From a virus (lineage: Duplodnaviria; Caudoviricetes), in IMG/VR virus record IMGVR_UViG_3300032281_000614, positions 1 through 60,782 of that record: DNA of 60,782 nucleotides; one strand, written 5' to 3'. The notes beneath the pieces are model-generated. The model was given only the letters and a program-made list of their open reading frames with translations. It was not told where the DNA came from and searched no databases. The translations under genes and the position numbers were made by a program. Below, piece after piece: positions 29,688-37,832 of the stretch (positions within the stretch are counted from its first letter, which is position 1; every line of letters starts with the position of its first letter).

Positions 29688-29694
29688 TATTTAT
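29688..29694 (-). promoter_or_regulatory. Putative T4-late-like promoter (ATAAATA)
   Basis: Lies between a terminator and the first operon ATG; resembles the T4 late consensus TATAAATA. Confidence 0.55.
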
Positions 29695-29713
29695 CACTAC
29701 CTAAATTGGGGTC

Positions 29714-29739
29714 AAAAAAAAGCACTCCGTAGAGTGCTT
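29714..29739 (-). terminator. Rho-independent terminator
   Basis: AAGCACTC-TACG-GAGTGCTT hairpin with a cUACGg tetraloop, running into a T-tract. Confidence 0.9.
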
Positions 29740-29754
29740 GTTATATTAATGCAT

Positions 29755-30702
29755 TTATGTAATTGTTGGGGTTCCCCAGGTATCTGTTAGATATGTAGTT
29801 TCTGGGTAGACTATATCTACTCTACTGGTTAATGTAACATTAACAGCATCATTGAAATTTGAACTAACTTGACCTTGAGCCGTAGTAATTATATCAATGG
29901 TTATAACTGACCCTTTGTCATCATTGGACCCTTGTGTGCCATTAGATCTTAAACGGATATCAACAGAATCACCGGCAGCATATACGTAGGTTGCGCTAGC
30001 TGAATTTACCGATACTACAGTTTGATTAGAAGTAGTTAGGCTGTAATACCCTAATGCGGCGTTTTGTGAATTTAATGTACCACCGGCGCCGCTGCGTGGA
30101 GTGCTTGATGTAGCAAATAATGTTGATCCGCCTACGTTGGTCTGCAATACTGTGACAAAGTCGCCGCTTCGGCTGGTACCATTATTGTTACTTGCTGTAA
30201 GCACTAAAATCAAACGTCCGCCTGCATTAAAAAAATATCGTGCCGCATTACCGCTGGCAAATGTCACGGTCCTTGAAATCGTCGAAGACTGCGTACTACT
30301 AGAGTCTGGGAATGAAATAGTACCAGTAAAATTAGCACCTGTAGTAGTAGATCCAGATGATCCATAAGATAATCTATTAGTAGCGATAGTCGTTGCCGCG
30401 GTAGCAACATTGGAAAAATATTGTATTAATGCGCCAGAAGTAACCCCAATATTACTACCCGATGCCAACTGAGTTCCACCTTGATGTGCCAGTGTTTTAT
30501 TTAAAGTATAAATCAATCCAGCCCACTGGGTAGCAGTAACAGTACCACTTGCAGAAACAGTGGCAATTTGTGTAGTAGTTTGGCCATATCCCCACTGATT
30601 ACTACCTGTGCCCCATACAAAGGCAATATTACCACCAACATTGGTTTGTGCCAGTTCATTATAATCTGTTGCTTGAATTAATCCGCCTGATGCGTATGAC
30701 AT
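29755..30702 (-). CDS. Virion structural protein (tail/baseplate-associated)
   Basis: Ser/Thr/Gly-rich beta protein; GYGQT and ARYFFNAGG motifs; last gene of the tail module. Confidence 0.7.
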   Translation of the reverse strand: MSYASGGLIQATDYNELAQTNVGGNIAFVWGTGSNQWGYGQTTTQIATVSASGTVTATQWAGLIYTLNKTLAHQGGTQLASGSNIGVTSGALIQYFSNVATAATTIATNRLSYGSSGSTTTGANFTGTISFPDSSSTQSSTISRTVTFASGNAARYFFNAGGRLILVLTASNNNGTSRSGDFVTVLQTNVGGSTLFATSSTPRSGAGGTLNSQNAALGYYSLTTSNQTVVSVNSASATYVYAAGDSVDIRLRSNGTQGSNDDKGSVITIDIITTAQGQVSSNFNDAVNVTLTSRVDIVYPETTYLTDTWGTPTIT

Positions 30703-30722
30703 ATTTTCTTAACCCTTTTAAC

Positions 30723-30729
30723 TATTTAT
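30723..30729 (-). promoter_or_regulatory. Putative T4-late-like promoter (ATAAATA)
   Basis: Intergenic, about 20 nt upstream of ATG 30702. Confidence 0.5.
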
Positions 30730-30752
30730 TCCGTTGTTTGCGATATATAAAT

Positions 30753-32090
30753 TTATAAAATTAAACACTCAATGACACCAAAATCAGCTTGATGATCTTC
30801 CAGTGCTATGGCAAAGTAATCAATATCACTATTAGTTGCTGATGCACTACCAAACATATTTTGTGCAGGGATTAATTTCTCACCTTTCTTAACAGTACCT
30901 TGTACTTGAACAGGAACTCGTCCTTTTAGTGCCACTGGTTGTCCTTTAGCATTATTATTCATTAAAAACGCTGGGTTAGCTGATATTACTCCAATTGCAC
31001 GATCACCGTAGGTTGCGGCAGTTACTTCTGCTGTGCCGCCAACTTTAACCACTGTGCCAACAGGATATTCTTGATCGGTTGCATAAATTTCTGCTAAGTC
31101 GGCGTAATTTGCTGTAATAGCTGTACCACGTAACGTAGTTGCCCAAACATTGGCAAATAACTGGCTATTGGAGCCGATCTCTGTGGTATTATTTACACCC
31201 GGTAATATTGATGCTGAGTTAGCAGCAAAACTAACGACCCGTGTCGAAACTCCTGATTTATTTACAAATATATTTAAATCACTGTTTAAGGTATTATTTT
31301 GCATCTTAATAGCGCCACTGCTGACACTAATAGTTTGAGTTGAAGTGTTTCCGATTGTTAATCCATTATTATCGTTAACAATTGACAATGATCCCGCAAT
31401 AGAACCACTTTGATCGCTACGTAAAAAAGCAGTCGATGAAACATTATTTACTGTAAATGCATTTGTAGCATTGCCTGTAAATTGAAACCCGGTAGAATTT
31501 ACTAAGTTTATACCTGGATAAATTGTTGTGAATCCAGTAATAGCAGTAAATGGAGTAAATGCTGTAGTATCCTTGCTAACTATTGCTACGACTTGATTAG
31601 CAATACTAAATTTTATTACCGAATGACTTAATGATAGAGTATCTACGATTGTATCAACAATGGCACCAGTGGTTGTAGCTCCAGCACCACCTGTGCCGCC
31701 AGAAGTTGATGGTCCGATAGAAATCCATGTACTACCGCTCCATACTTTAAGTAATAAATTTGCACTGTCCCACCACAGATCTCCCACTGTTGGTGAGCCT
31801 GGTGCTGTTGCGCTAGCGGTTGATGTACCTATCTGTTTCCATTGACTACCAGTATAAACTTTTAATAACGTAGCAGCACTATCATACCATAATTGGCCGG
31901 TTAGTGGAGCTGATGGTGCTGTAGAATTATTAAAATTTTCTAATATCTTAATGTAATTTTCATTTAAAAAAGCCCCATAGCCAGAATAGTTTTTACCTAC
32001 CAAGGCGATGCTGGTAGCTGTAGTATTAACAGTATTATCAGCTACGGTAGCTACCGTAGTACCTGATGATGTAGTGACTATGTATGGCAT
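30753..32090 (-). CDS. Tail fibre protein with C-terminal intramolecular-chaperone-like (peptidase G2-like) domain
   Basis: Shared fibre N-terminus (LVGKNYSGYG..LNEN), GQLW/GDLW repeats, C-terminal YADLAE..IGVIS.NPAFLMN..VALKGRVPV. Confidence 0.75.
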   Translation of the reverse strand: MPYIVTTSSGTTVATVADNTVNTTATSIALVGKNYSGYGAFLNENYIKILENFNNSTAPSAPLTGQLWYDSAATLLKVYTGSQWKQIGTSTASATAPGSPTVGDLWWDSANLLLKVWSGSTWISIGPSTSGGTGGAGATTTGAIVDTIVDTLSLSHSVIKFSIANQVVAIVSKDTTAFTPFTAITGFTTIYPGINLVNSTGFQFTGNATNAFTVNNVSSTAFLRSDQSGSIAGSLSIVNDNNGLTIGNTSTQTISVSSGAIKMQNNTLNSDLNIFVNKSGVSTRVVSFAANSASILPGVNNTTEIGSNSQLFANVWATTLRGTAITANYADLAEIYATDQEYPVGTVVKVGGTAEVTAATYGDRAIGVISANPAFLMNNNAKGQPVALKGRVPVQVQGTVKKGEKLIPAQNMFGSASATNSDIDYFAIALEDHQADFGVIECLIL

Positions 32091-32117
32091 ATTTTATCGC
32101 TCTTTATATATTACTTA

Positions 32118-32429
32118 TTATAAAACTACTTCTTTACCTGTTTGTTCTGTATCATTTGTACTAATTTCATGTGCGCTTTCGTGTCCGTGCCATGCAGATA
32201 GATCCAATTCTGCGGGAGCAGATTCTTGTTTATCCCGTAGCGCAACTTGGCCTAATAGGCTTGGTTTGACACCTTCAATAAATTCTTCTACTGATTGATA
32301 TCCCATAGCCTTAGGATAATAAACAACTGACTCGTACTCATCAATATTCTTTGCGCTGTTCTCACTGGCAAATTTAACCATCACTGCTTCGCCTTCAACA
32401 CCTACTATTTTTACATTTAATGTTGTCAT
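32118..32429 (-). CDS. Small acidic protein, possible fibre assembly chaperone
   Basis: Start at ATG 32429 (MTTLNVK) after GAGG; lies between adhesin and fibre genes. Confidence 0.55.
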   Translation of the reverse strand: MTTLNVKIVGVEGEAVMVKFASENSAKNIDEYESVVYYPKAMGYQSVEEFIEGVKPSLLGQVALRDKQESAPAELDLSAWHGHESAHEISTNDTEQTGKEVVL

Positions 32430-32445
32430 TTTTGATTTTTCCTCT

Positions 32446-33768
32446 TTAAGCTGTTTGACCTGCAACTGTTCCTATTGCCGTCCATGTTACATAACTGTTA
32501 CCAACTATATAGTATCCTGCCGCTCCACCTGCGGCTGCATTAGTATCCGATCCCGCACTACCTGTAGAGCCTAAGCCACCTCCAGATCCACCTTGACCAG
32601 TTGCTGTGCCAGCACCACCATTACCACCTGCGGCGGTGCCTGTAGAACTACCTGCTGTACCATTTGATCCGTTACCGTTAGCACCGGTACCACCCGACCC
32701 TGCGGCTCCACCATTTACCCCAGCGCCACCCCCGCCACCACCACCACCATAGTAGTAGTATGAAGTGCCCTTGCCACCACCACCACCACCACCGTTGTGT
32801 ACACGAATACCGCTGGCTACGTAGGTATGTACATCTGCAACTTCAAAGTTATAAACATAATCATATGGCTCACCTGGTGTTATTTCTAAAATTTCTGTAG
32901 GGCTGCCATTATCGTCATAGATAATGTCTCCAATTTGCAGATGTTCTGCACGCACAAAATGCGGATAAGGTCCTGTGGCATCACGACTTGACGTTAACAC
33001 TTCGTGATTGCCTGTAATTGTTAATGTACCCTGCTGATGATCGATGATTAATAATCTACTGAATTCATCTGCTTCACTCCAGCTATGTTTAAATACCTGT
33101 GTTACAGGTTTAGCTACTAACTTTGCAGCATAATTATATGCACCTGGATCGGCATAGATATCAAACCCATATACCAAATCACCAGAGTTCAATGTTTCAA
33201 TCGCTACCAATCCATTGGGCGTGTTAATCAATGTACCAGCTGGGAAACATGTACTGGATGTAGAGAAATATCCACCACCGCCACCACCACCACCACCACC
33301 ATAAATAAATCCAGTGGAGTTATCAATAATTATATTACCTTGTGAAATTGCACTGATACTTAAAGCAGTTCCGCCTGCTGATCCAGCGGTAGCAGATCCG
33401 CCATAATTAGCTCCAGTTCCGCCAGCACCGCCTGCACCTTTTATTGTGCCAGCATTAACAATGATAATTTGAGATCCTGTGGGGAAGCTACCAGACTCTA
33501 AAGAAGGAGTAGATGATGATGTTGAACCAATTACCACACCTGAATTGATATTTACTCGCAATGTTAGAGGGATCGAAGGAGACCCAATGTATGAAAATAA
33601 ATTTAAATTATTTGTATTAGAACTTATAGTAACTACCTTGTGTAGTAGTTTCCATGATCCGCTGTCTCTTATATAAACTTCCTGTGGCTCAACCCAAGCA
33701 CCAGAATTCTTGACATAGATCTGCTTAGACGGATACCACGTGCTGGAATCTTTAACATATACTGGCAT
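32446..33768 (-). CDS. Gly-rich gp38-like adhesin/tail-tip protein containing a Hint domain
   Basis: Three N-terminal [VI]Y[VI][KR][DN]SxxW repeats; IIVNAGTIKGAGGAGG and poly-Gly motifs as in T-even gp38-type adhesins; central Hint domain. Confidence 0.75.
   Translation of the reverse strand: MPVYVKDSSTWYPSKQIYVKNSGAWVEPQEVYIRDSGSWKLLHKVVTISSNTNNLNLFSYIGSPSIPLTLRVNINSGVVIGSTSSSTPSLESGSFPTGSQIIIVNAGTIKGAGGAGGTGANYGGSATAGSAGGTALSISAISQGNIIIDNSTGFIYGGGGGGGGGGYFSTSSTCFPAGTLINTPNGLVAIETLNSGDLVYGFDIYADPGAYNYAAKLVAKPVTQVFKHSWSEADEFSRLLIIDHQQGTLTITGNHEVLTSSRDATGPYPHFVRAEHLQIGDIIYDDNGSPTEILEITPGEPYDYVYNFEVADVHTYVASGIRVHNGGGGGGGKGTSYYYYGGGGGGGGAGVNGGAAGSGGTGANGNGSNGTAGSSTGTAAGGNGGAGTATGQGGSGGGLGSTGSAGSDTNAAAGGAAGYYIVGNSYVTWTAIGTVAGQTA
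32794..33249 (-). other. Hint (intein-like) domain, 152 aa, no endonuclease
   Basis: Block A CFPAGTLI, block B TGNH, block F VYNFEV, block G VHN; +1 residue is Gly. Confidence 0.9.
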
Positions 33769-33773
33769 ATACG

Positions 33774-35003
33774 TTAGATCCTATACCAAACGTCACCGTT
33801 GTTTCCACCTATAGGTGCAGCCGCACTGACTGTTTTTACGCCTTGTGAATTTTGTCCTGTGGTTTGTACGTAACTTATCACGTTGGATAAGTTTGGAACA
33901 AGATTACCACCAATGGTCATATATGATGCAAGTACGTTTCCAGAAAATGCAGATGCATACACAGCATTAAAAACTTTACCGCTTTCACCAATGTTTACCG
34001 TGCCTGTGTTTATCGGAACAATATCGCTTGATGCTACGGTTTTACCTAATACACGTAAATATGCAGTAGCTGCGATCGACACGTTGCCTGTAACACCTAA
34101 AGTCTTACCAATAGTTACATCACTATTAGCAAATGCTACGGCTCCAGAACTGCCTGTAATACCAATAATTCTTGTTTTAACGTTTGCTGAATTAACATAG
34201 ATATTTAAATCTCTGTCTAATGTAGTATTGTTTAATTGTGCTTCATTATTAATAGGGTTTGAACTGATATTTAAATCGCCCCCGGCGGTTACACCACCAC
34301 TGGCAGTAAGGCTATATGCTGTGCTAGTATTTTGATCGCTACGCAAGAATTGGCTTGCGTTAACTCCTTGTAAGGTCAATGCATTACTTACGTCACCAGT
34401 AAATTGACTTCCTGCCAAGGCGCTAGCACTAATCAAATTAAATCCAGGATTAATTACTGTGAATCCAGATATTGCTGTTTGTGGGGTAAATGTAGCTGAG
34501 CTGCTCAGTATTGCTATAACGCTGTCTTGGATGTAAAATTTTGTAACAATTTTATCATTACCACTAGAATCTTTAATAGTTTCAACAATTGGACCAGTTG
34601 TACCTGTAGTTGCAGTGTATGTAGGACCAATAGTAACCCATGCACTACCGCTCCACACCTTAAGTTGTGAGTTCGTGCTGTCCCACCAAAGGTCTCCAGT
34701 TACCGGATTTGTTGGTGCTGTAGCACTGCTGGCTGAACTTGAAATAGGTTTCCATTGTGTACCATTGTAAACTTTTAGCACATCCTCGTTGCTATCATAC
34801 CATAATTGACCGGTGATAGCATTTGCGGGTGCTGTAACATTGGTAAAATTTTCTAATAATCTGACATAGTTTTCATTTAAGAAGTTACCATAACCTGCGT
34901 AATTTTTACCGATCAAAGTAAGGCTGGTAGCGGTAGTATTTACTGTACCATCTGCGATAGTTGCCAGTGTTGCACCAGCTGTAGTTGTAATTGGATATGA
35001 CAT
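33774..35003 (-). CDS. Tail fibre protein
   Basis: Shared fibre N-terminus (LIGKNYAGYG..LNEN), GQLW/GDLW repeats, ends GDVWYRI. Confidence 0.75.
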   Translation of the reverse strand: MSYPITTTAGATLATIADGTVNTTATSLTLIGKNYAGYGNFLNENYVRLLENFTNVTAPANAITGQLWYDSNEDVLKVYNGTQWKPISSSASSATAPTNPVTGDLWWDSTNSQLKVWSGSAWVTIGPTYTATTGTTGPIVETIKDSSGNDKIVTKFYIQDSVIAILSSSATFTPQTAISGFTVINPGFNLISASALAGSQFTGDVSNALTLQGVNASQFLRSDQNTSTAYSLTASGGVTAGGDLNISSNPINNEAQLNNTTLDRDLNIYVNSANVKTRIIGITGSSGAVAFANSDVTIGKTLGVTGNVSIAATAYLRVLGKTVASSDIVPINTGTVNIGESGKVFNAVYASAFSGNVLASYMTIGGNLVPNLSNVISYVQTTGQNSQGVKTVSAAAPIGGNNGDVWYRI

Positions 35004-35022
35004 TGTTTGTACCTATTTTATA

Positions 35023-35029
35023 TATTTAC
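35023..35029 (-). promoter_or_regulatory. Putative T4-late-like promoter (GTAAATA)
   Basis: Intergenic, about 20 nt upstream of ATG 35003. Confidence 0.45.
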
Positions 35030-35036
35030 CTTAAAA

Positions 35037-36419
35037 TTAGCTGGATATTTGAAACCAGAAATCTCCATTATTACTGCCAACATCGTTAACTCCTGCATCT
35101 GGAGCTGCGGTACTGACAAATTTAGCTGAACCGCCCCACCAGGTTGTAGCTGTTTTTGCAAAAGCCGTTGTTGCTATCTTAGTATCTCCATTGCTACTGA
35201 ATGTTTGTGATTGTGTAACTGCTATAGCACCATTTTTTAAATCTACTCCTGTAGATGATGCCTGCATAATTAAAGTACTACCAATCACCAAATTAGCACC
35301 CGGAATAGTGCTATCAATCCACATGTGATTAGTTCCAACAGCACCACTATAAATTTTATATTTGTAAAGCTGCGAATTATTTGTTACCCATTCTGTAGTA
35401 GCTACTTTTGTTGAGCTATCACCTACTGCTTGTGTAGGAGCAGTTAGATTTCCTGAGAATGATCCAGCACCTGTAACATTTAATGCGCCAGTTACTGAAG
35501 CACCAGCTGCCAAAGTTAAACTACCTGAAAGTGTTGCACTTAGTAAAGATGCTGTGCCTGTTGCTCCATCAATTCCAAATGCTAAAGTATTTGTTCCGCC
35601 GACATTAGCATAAAAATTAAGATCACCATTATTTTTAGTATTCTTAAATGAAATATCATTACCTGACGTAGTAATTTGTAAGTTACTGCTGGTGCCTAAA
35701 ACTAATCCACCTACATTATTAATTGTTAATACACCATTGAGTGTACCGTCAATATCTGTTCTTAGGTAATTTGCTGAAGGTTGATTGCCTAAGTAACTGG
35801 CATTATTGGCTGTGCCCCATAAAGTATAACCGCTGACTAAATTATAACCTGGTTGAATTGATGTAATACCGGTAATACTCGGACTTGGAGTAAATGTATC
35901 TTTGCTAATAATAGCAGTGCGTGTATTATCAGAATATAAACTAATTACATAATGATCAGCAGCTAGAGTATCTGTGATAATTTCAACTATAGCACCTGTT
36001 TTATGTCCTACCGGATATCCAGGGCCCACTTCAATCCAACCACTAGCACTGTAAGGTGAAGTACCATTATAAACATATAACTGTTGATCATCACTATCCC
36101 ACCACAAATCACCCGCAACAGTTGTAGTAGGTGCGCTGGTTTGGCTTGTACAACTACTAACAATTTTCCAAGTTGACCCTGTGTAGACTTTTAATAGGCT
36201 GTTTCCGCTGTCCCACCATAATTGACCGCTTAGTGGATTACTTGGACTGATATTGTAGCTTGAATTTTCTACTAATCGAACCAAGGTGTTGGTCATAATT
36301 TGTCCGTAATTACTATAATTACGTCCAACCAATGTTAAACTGGTAGCAGTATTATTAAAGGTACCGTCTGCGATTGTACCTAGCGATGTTCCATTTGTTC
36401 TTGTTATGGTGTACGACAT
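35037..36419 (-). CDS. Tail fibre protein
   Basis: Shared fibre N-terminus (LVGRNYSNYG), two GDxxTK[VI]ATT repeats, ends GDFWFQISS. Confidence 0.75.
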   Translation of the reverse strand: MSYTITRTNGTSLGTIADGTFNNTATSLTLVGRNYSNYGQIMTNTLVRLVENSSYNISPSNPLSGQLWWDSGNSLLKVYTGSTWKIVSSCTSQTSAPTTTVAGDLWWDSDDQQLYVYNGTSPYSASGWIEVGPGYPVGHKTGAIVEIITDTLAADHYVISLYSDNTRTAIISKDTFTPSPSITGITSIQPGYNLVSGYTLWGTANNASYLGNQPSANYLRTDIDGTLNGVLTINNVGGLVLGTSSNLQITTSGNDISFKNTKNNGDLNFYANVGGTNTLAFGIDGATGTASLLSATLSGSLTLAAGASVTGALNVTGAGSFSGNLTAPTQAVGDSSTKVATTEWVTNNSQLYKYKIYSGAVGTNHMWIDSTIPGANLVIGSTLIMQASSTGVDLKNGAIAVTQSQTFSSNGDTKIATTAFAKTATTWWGGSAKFVSTAAPDAGVNDVGSNNGDFWFQISS

Positions 36420-36432
36420 TTTAATTTCCTAG

Positions 36433-37095
36433 TTATGCTGTAGTGCTCAAGTTAGTTAGTGTTTGAATTCTCACAGTATAATCGATTTGTATAAGTCTAT
36501 TCAGTGACTTCTGCACTGGACTAAAAATTACATGAGTTAATAATTTACCTGTACCCTGGGTAGACAAATCATAACCTTTAAGGCCTAATTCATCGAACAC
36601 AAATTCGCCATTTAAATCTGAGCTGTTATCAAATACAGCCTGACCTGATGGTTCACTATAATCTAATAGACAGCTGACTAAAATATCAGTATAGATCTGC
36701 CCTGGTGTATGATTTACATCTATCTTATTTCTTAAAGGATCTATATTAGTAGCATTTGTATCGTCTACAATTTTAGCATAGGTTGGATTGTATAAGTCAG
36801 CATTTTGTACATTGGTGTTAGTTGGCAAATAGGTAATAACGCCTGTTGGGTCAACAGTAGTACCGCCGTTGCCAAACCACATTTGATAGATAAAACCTGT
36901 TGATTTGTTGCTTAACATTTGTGCAATGCTTTCACTCATGTTTTCATAGTGAATTGCATTGCGTTTGTCTACAAAAACTTCTTTGGTATGTGGGTCAAAA
37001 ATCTTAATATGACCTTGAACATGGATGCCGCCTCGCTCATCTGGTTGGCGTTGCGTCTGTGATTTTAAGATATTTTCTTGTGTATTAGTAGTCAT
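36433..37095 (-). CDS. Baseplate/tail structural protein
   Basis: GHIKIFD..KRNAIH..FDELGL..LTHVIF.PVQKS..IDYTVRI. Start placed at ATG 37095, behind a TAAATA element. Confidence 0.7.
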   Translation of the reverse strand: MTTNTQENILKSQTQRQPDERGGIHVQGHIKIFDPHTKEVFVDKRNAIHYENMSESIAQMLSNKSTGFIYQMWFGNGGTTVDPTGVITYLPTNTNVQNADLYNPTYAKIVDDTNATNIDPLRNKIDVNHTPGQIYTDILVSCLLDYSEPSGQAVFDNSSDLNGEFVFDELGLKGYDLSTQGTGKLLTHVIFSPVQKSLNRLIQIDYTVRIQTLTNLSTTA

Positions 37096-37100
37096 ATTCT

Positions 37101-37107
37101 TATTTAT
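37101..37107 (-). promoter_or_regulatory. Putative T4-late-like promoter (ATAAATA)
   Basis: 5 nt upstream of ATG 37095, the same spacing as at 29688. Confidence 0.5.
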
Positions 37108-37131
37108 CTTGTTATTATCCATGGGGTTTTC

Positions 37132-37830
37132 CTAAATCTTAAACCAAGTTAGATATTGACCGCTATAGATATATCTCAATGGGCTAACTAATACGTTTGC
37201 ACCAGCAAATGTAGGACTTACATTTCCTGTGCCTACTGCTAAAACTACGTTAGCATTAGCACTTATTCTTACTACATCACCATCAACTGGGTTTATAGGC
37301 ATGTTAATTGTTGTTGTTGGATTACTTGTAAAAATTAATAGTATATTGTTAGTAATAGTGCTGCTCAATGAATATACCCAAGTATTACCGACATTAACAT
37401 AATAAGTATCTTCATTGTATAAATTAGTTGCGATTGCTGTTGCAGATAATATATTAGTTGTTACATTACCAGCGATAATTCCGCCCGCAACACGTAGTGC
37501 ATCAACTGAAGAAGCCTGTATATTTGCTGTAGTGGTCTGTAGATTTGATGTCTGTATAGTACCGCCATACACAGGTAGATATGTAGATACATGCGTGTTA
37601 CCGTAGGCCGCTGGCATCCCAGTTAATTGAGAACCGTTACCAAAATAATAGCCACTGGTGGTAATATTTCCATTGACAGTTAATGTTGTTAAATTGCCTG
37701 CTATATAATTTAGCAAGGTAGATCCTGTAGATTTTACAGTAATATATGCATTAGCTGTATCTACTACCGGAAACAGCGTACTTCCTGTAAAACTGGTTAA
37801 ATTTCCAAGTTGGCTTATCTTAATTGTCAT
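37132..37830 (-). CDS. Tail-associated structural protein
   Basis: MTIKISQL start, YFGNGSQLTG fibre-type motif, rich in Asn/Thr. Confidence 0.65.
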   Translation of the reverse strand: MTIKISQLGNLTSFTGSTLFPVVDTANAYITVKSTGSTLLNYIAGNLTTLTVNGNITTSGYYFGNGSQLTGMPAAYGNTHVSTYLPVYGGTIQTSNLQTTTANIQASSVDALRVAGGIIAGNVTTNILSATAIATNLYNEDTYYVNVGNTWVYSLSSTITNNILLIFTSNPTTTINMPINPVDGDVVRISANANVVLAVGTGNVSPTFAGANVLVSPLRYIYSGQYLTWFKI

Positions 37831-37832
37831 TC

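Noticed and set aside
32794-33249. Mobile homing intein
   Set aside because: Only 152 aa, no LAGLIDADG or HNH motif, and no +1 Cys/Ser/Thr.
32722-33300. (CCA)n tracts as microsatellite or CRISPR-like repeats
   Set aside because: They are in-frame poly-Gly codons on the - strand with no repeat-spacer periodicity.
1437-37122. Long 5' extensions in the ORF track (1437, 9534, 9980, 22070, 26659, 29697, 32465, 37122)
   Set aside because: Downstream ATGs fit ATGA/TAATG coupling, SD position or promoter spacing better.
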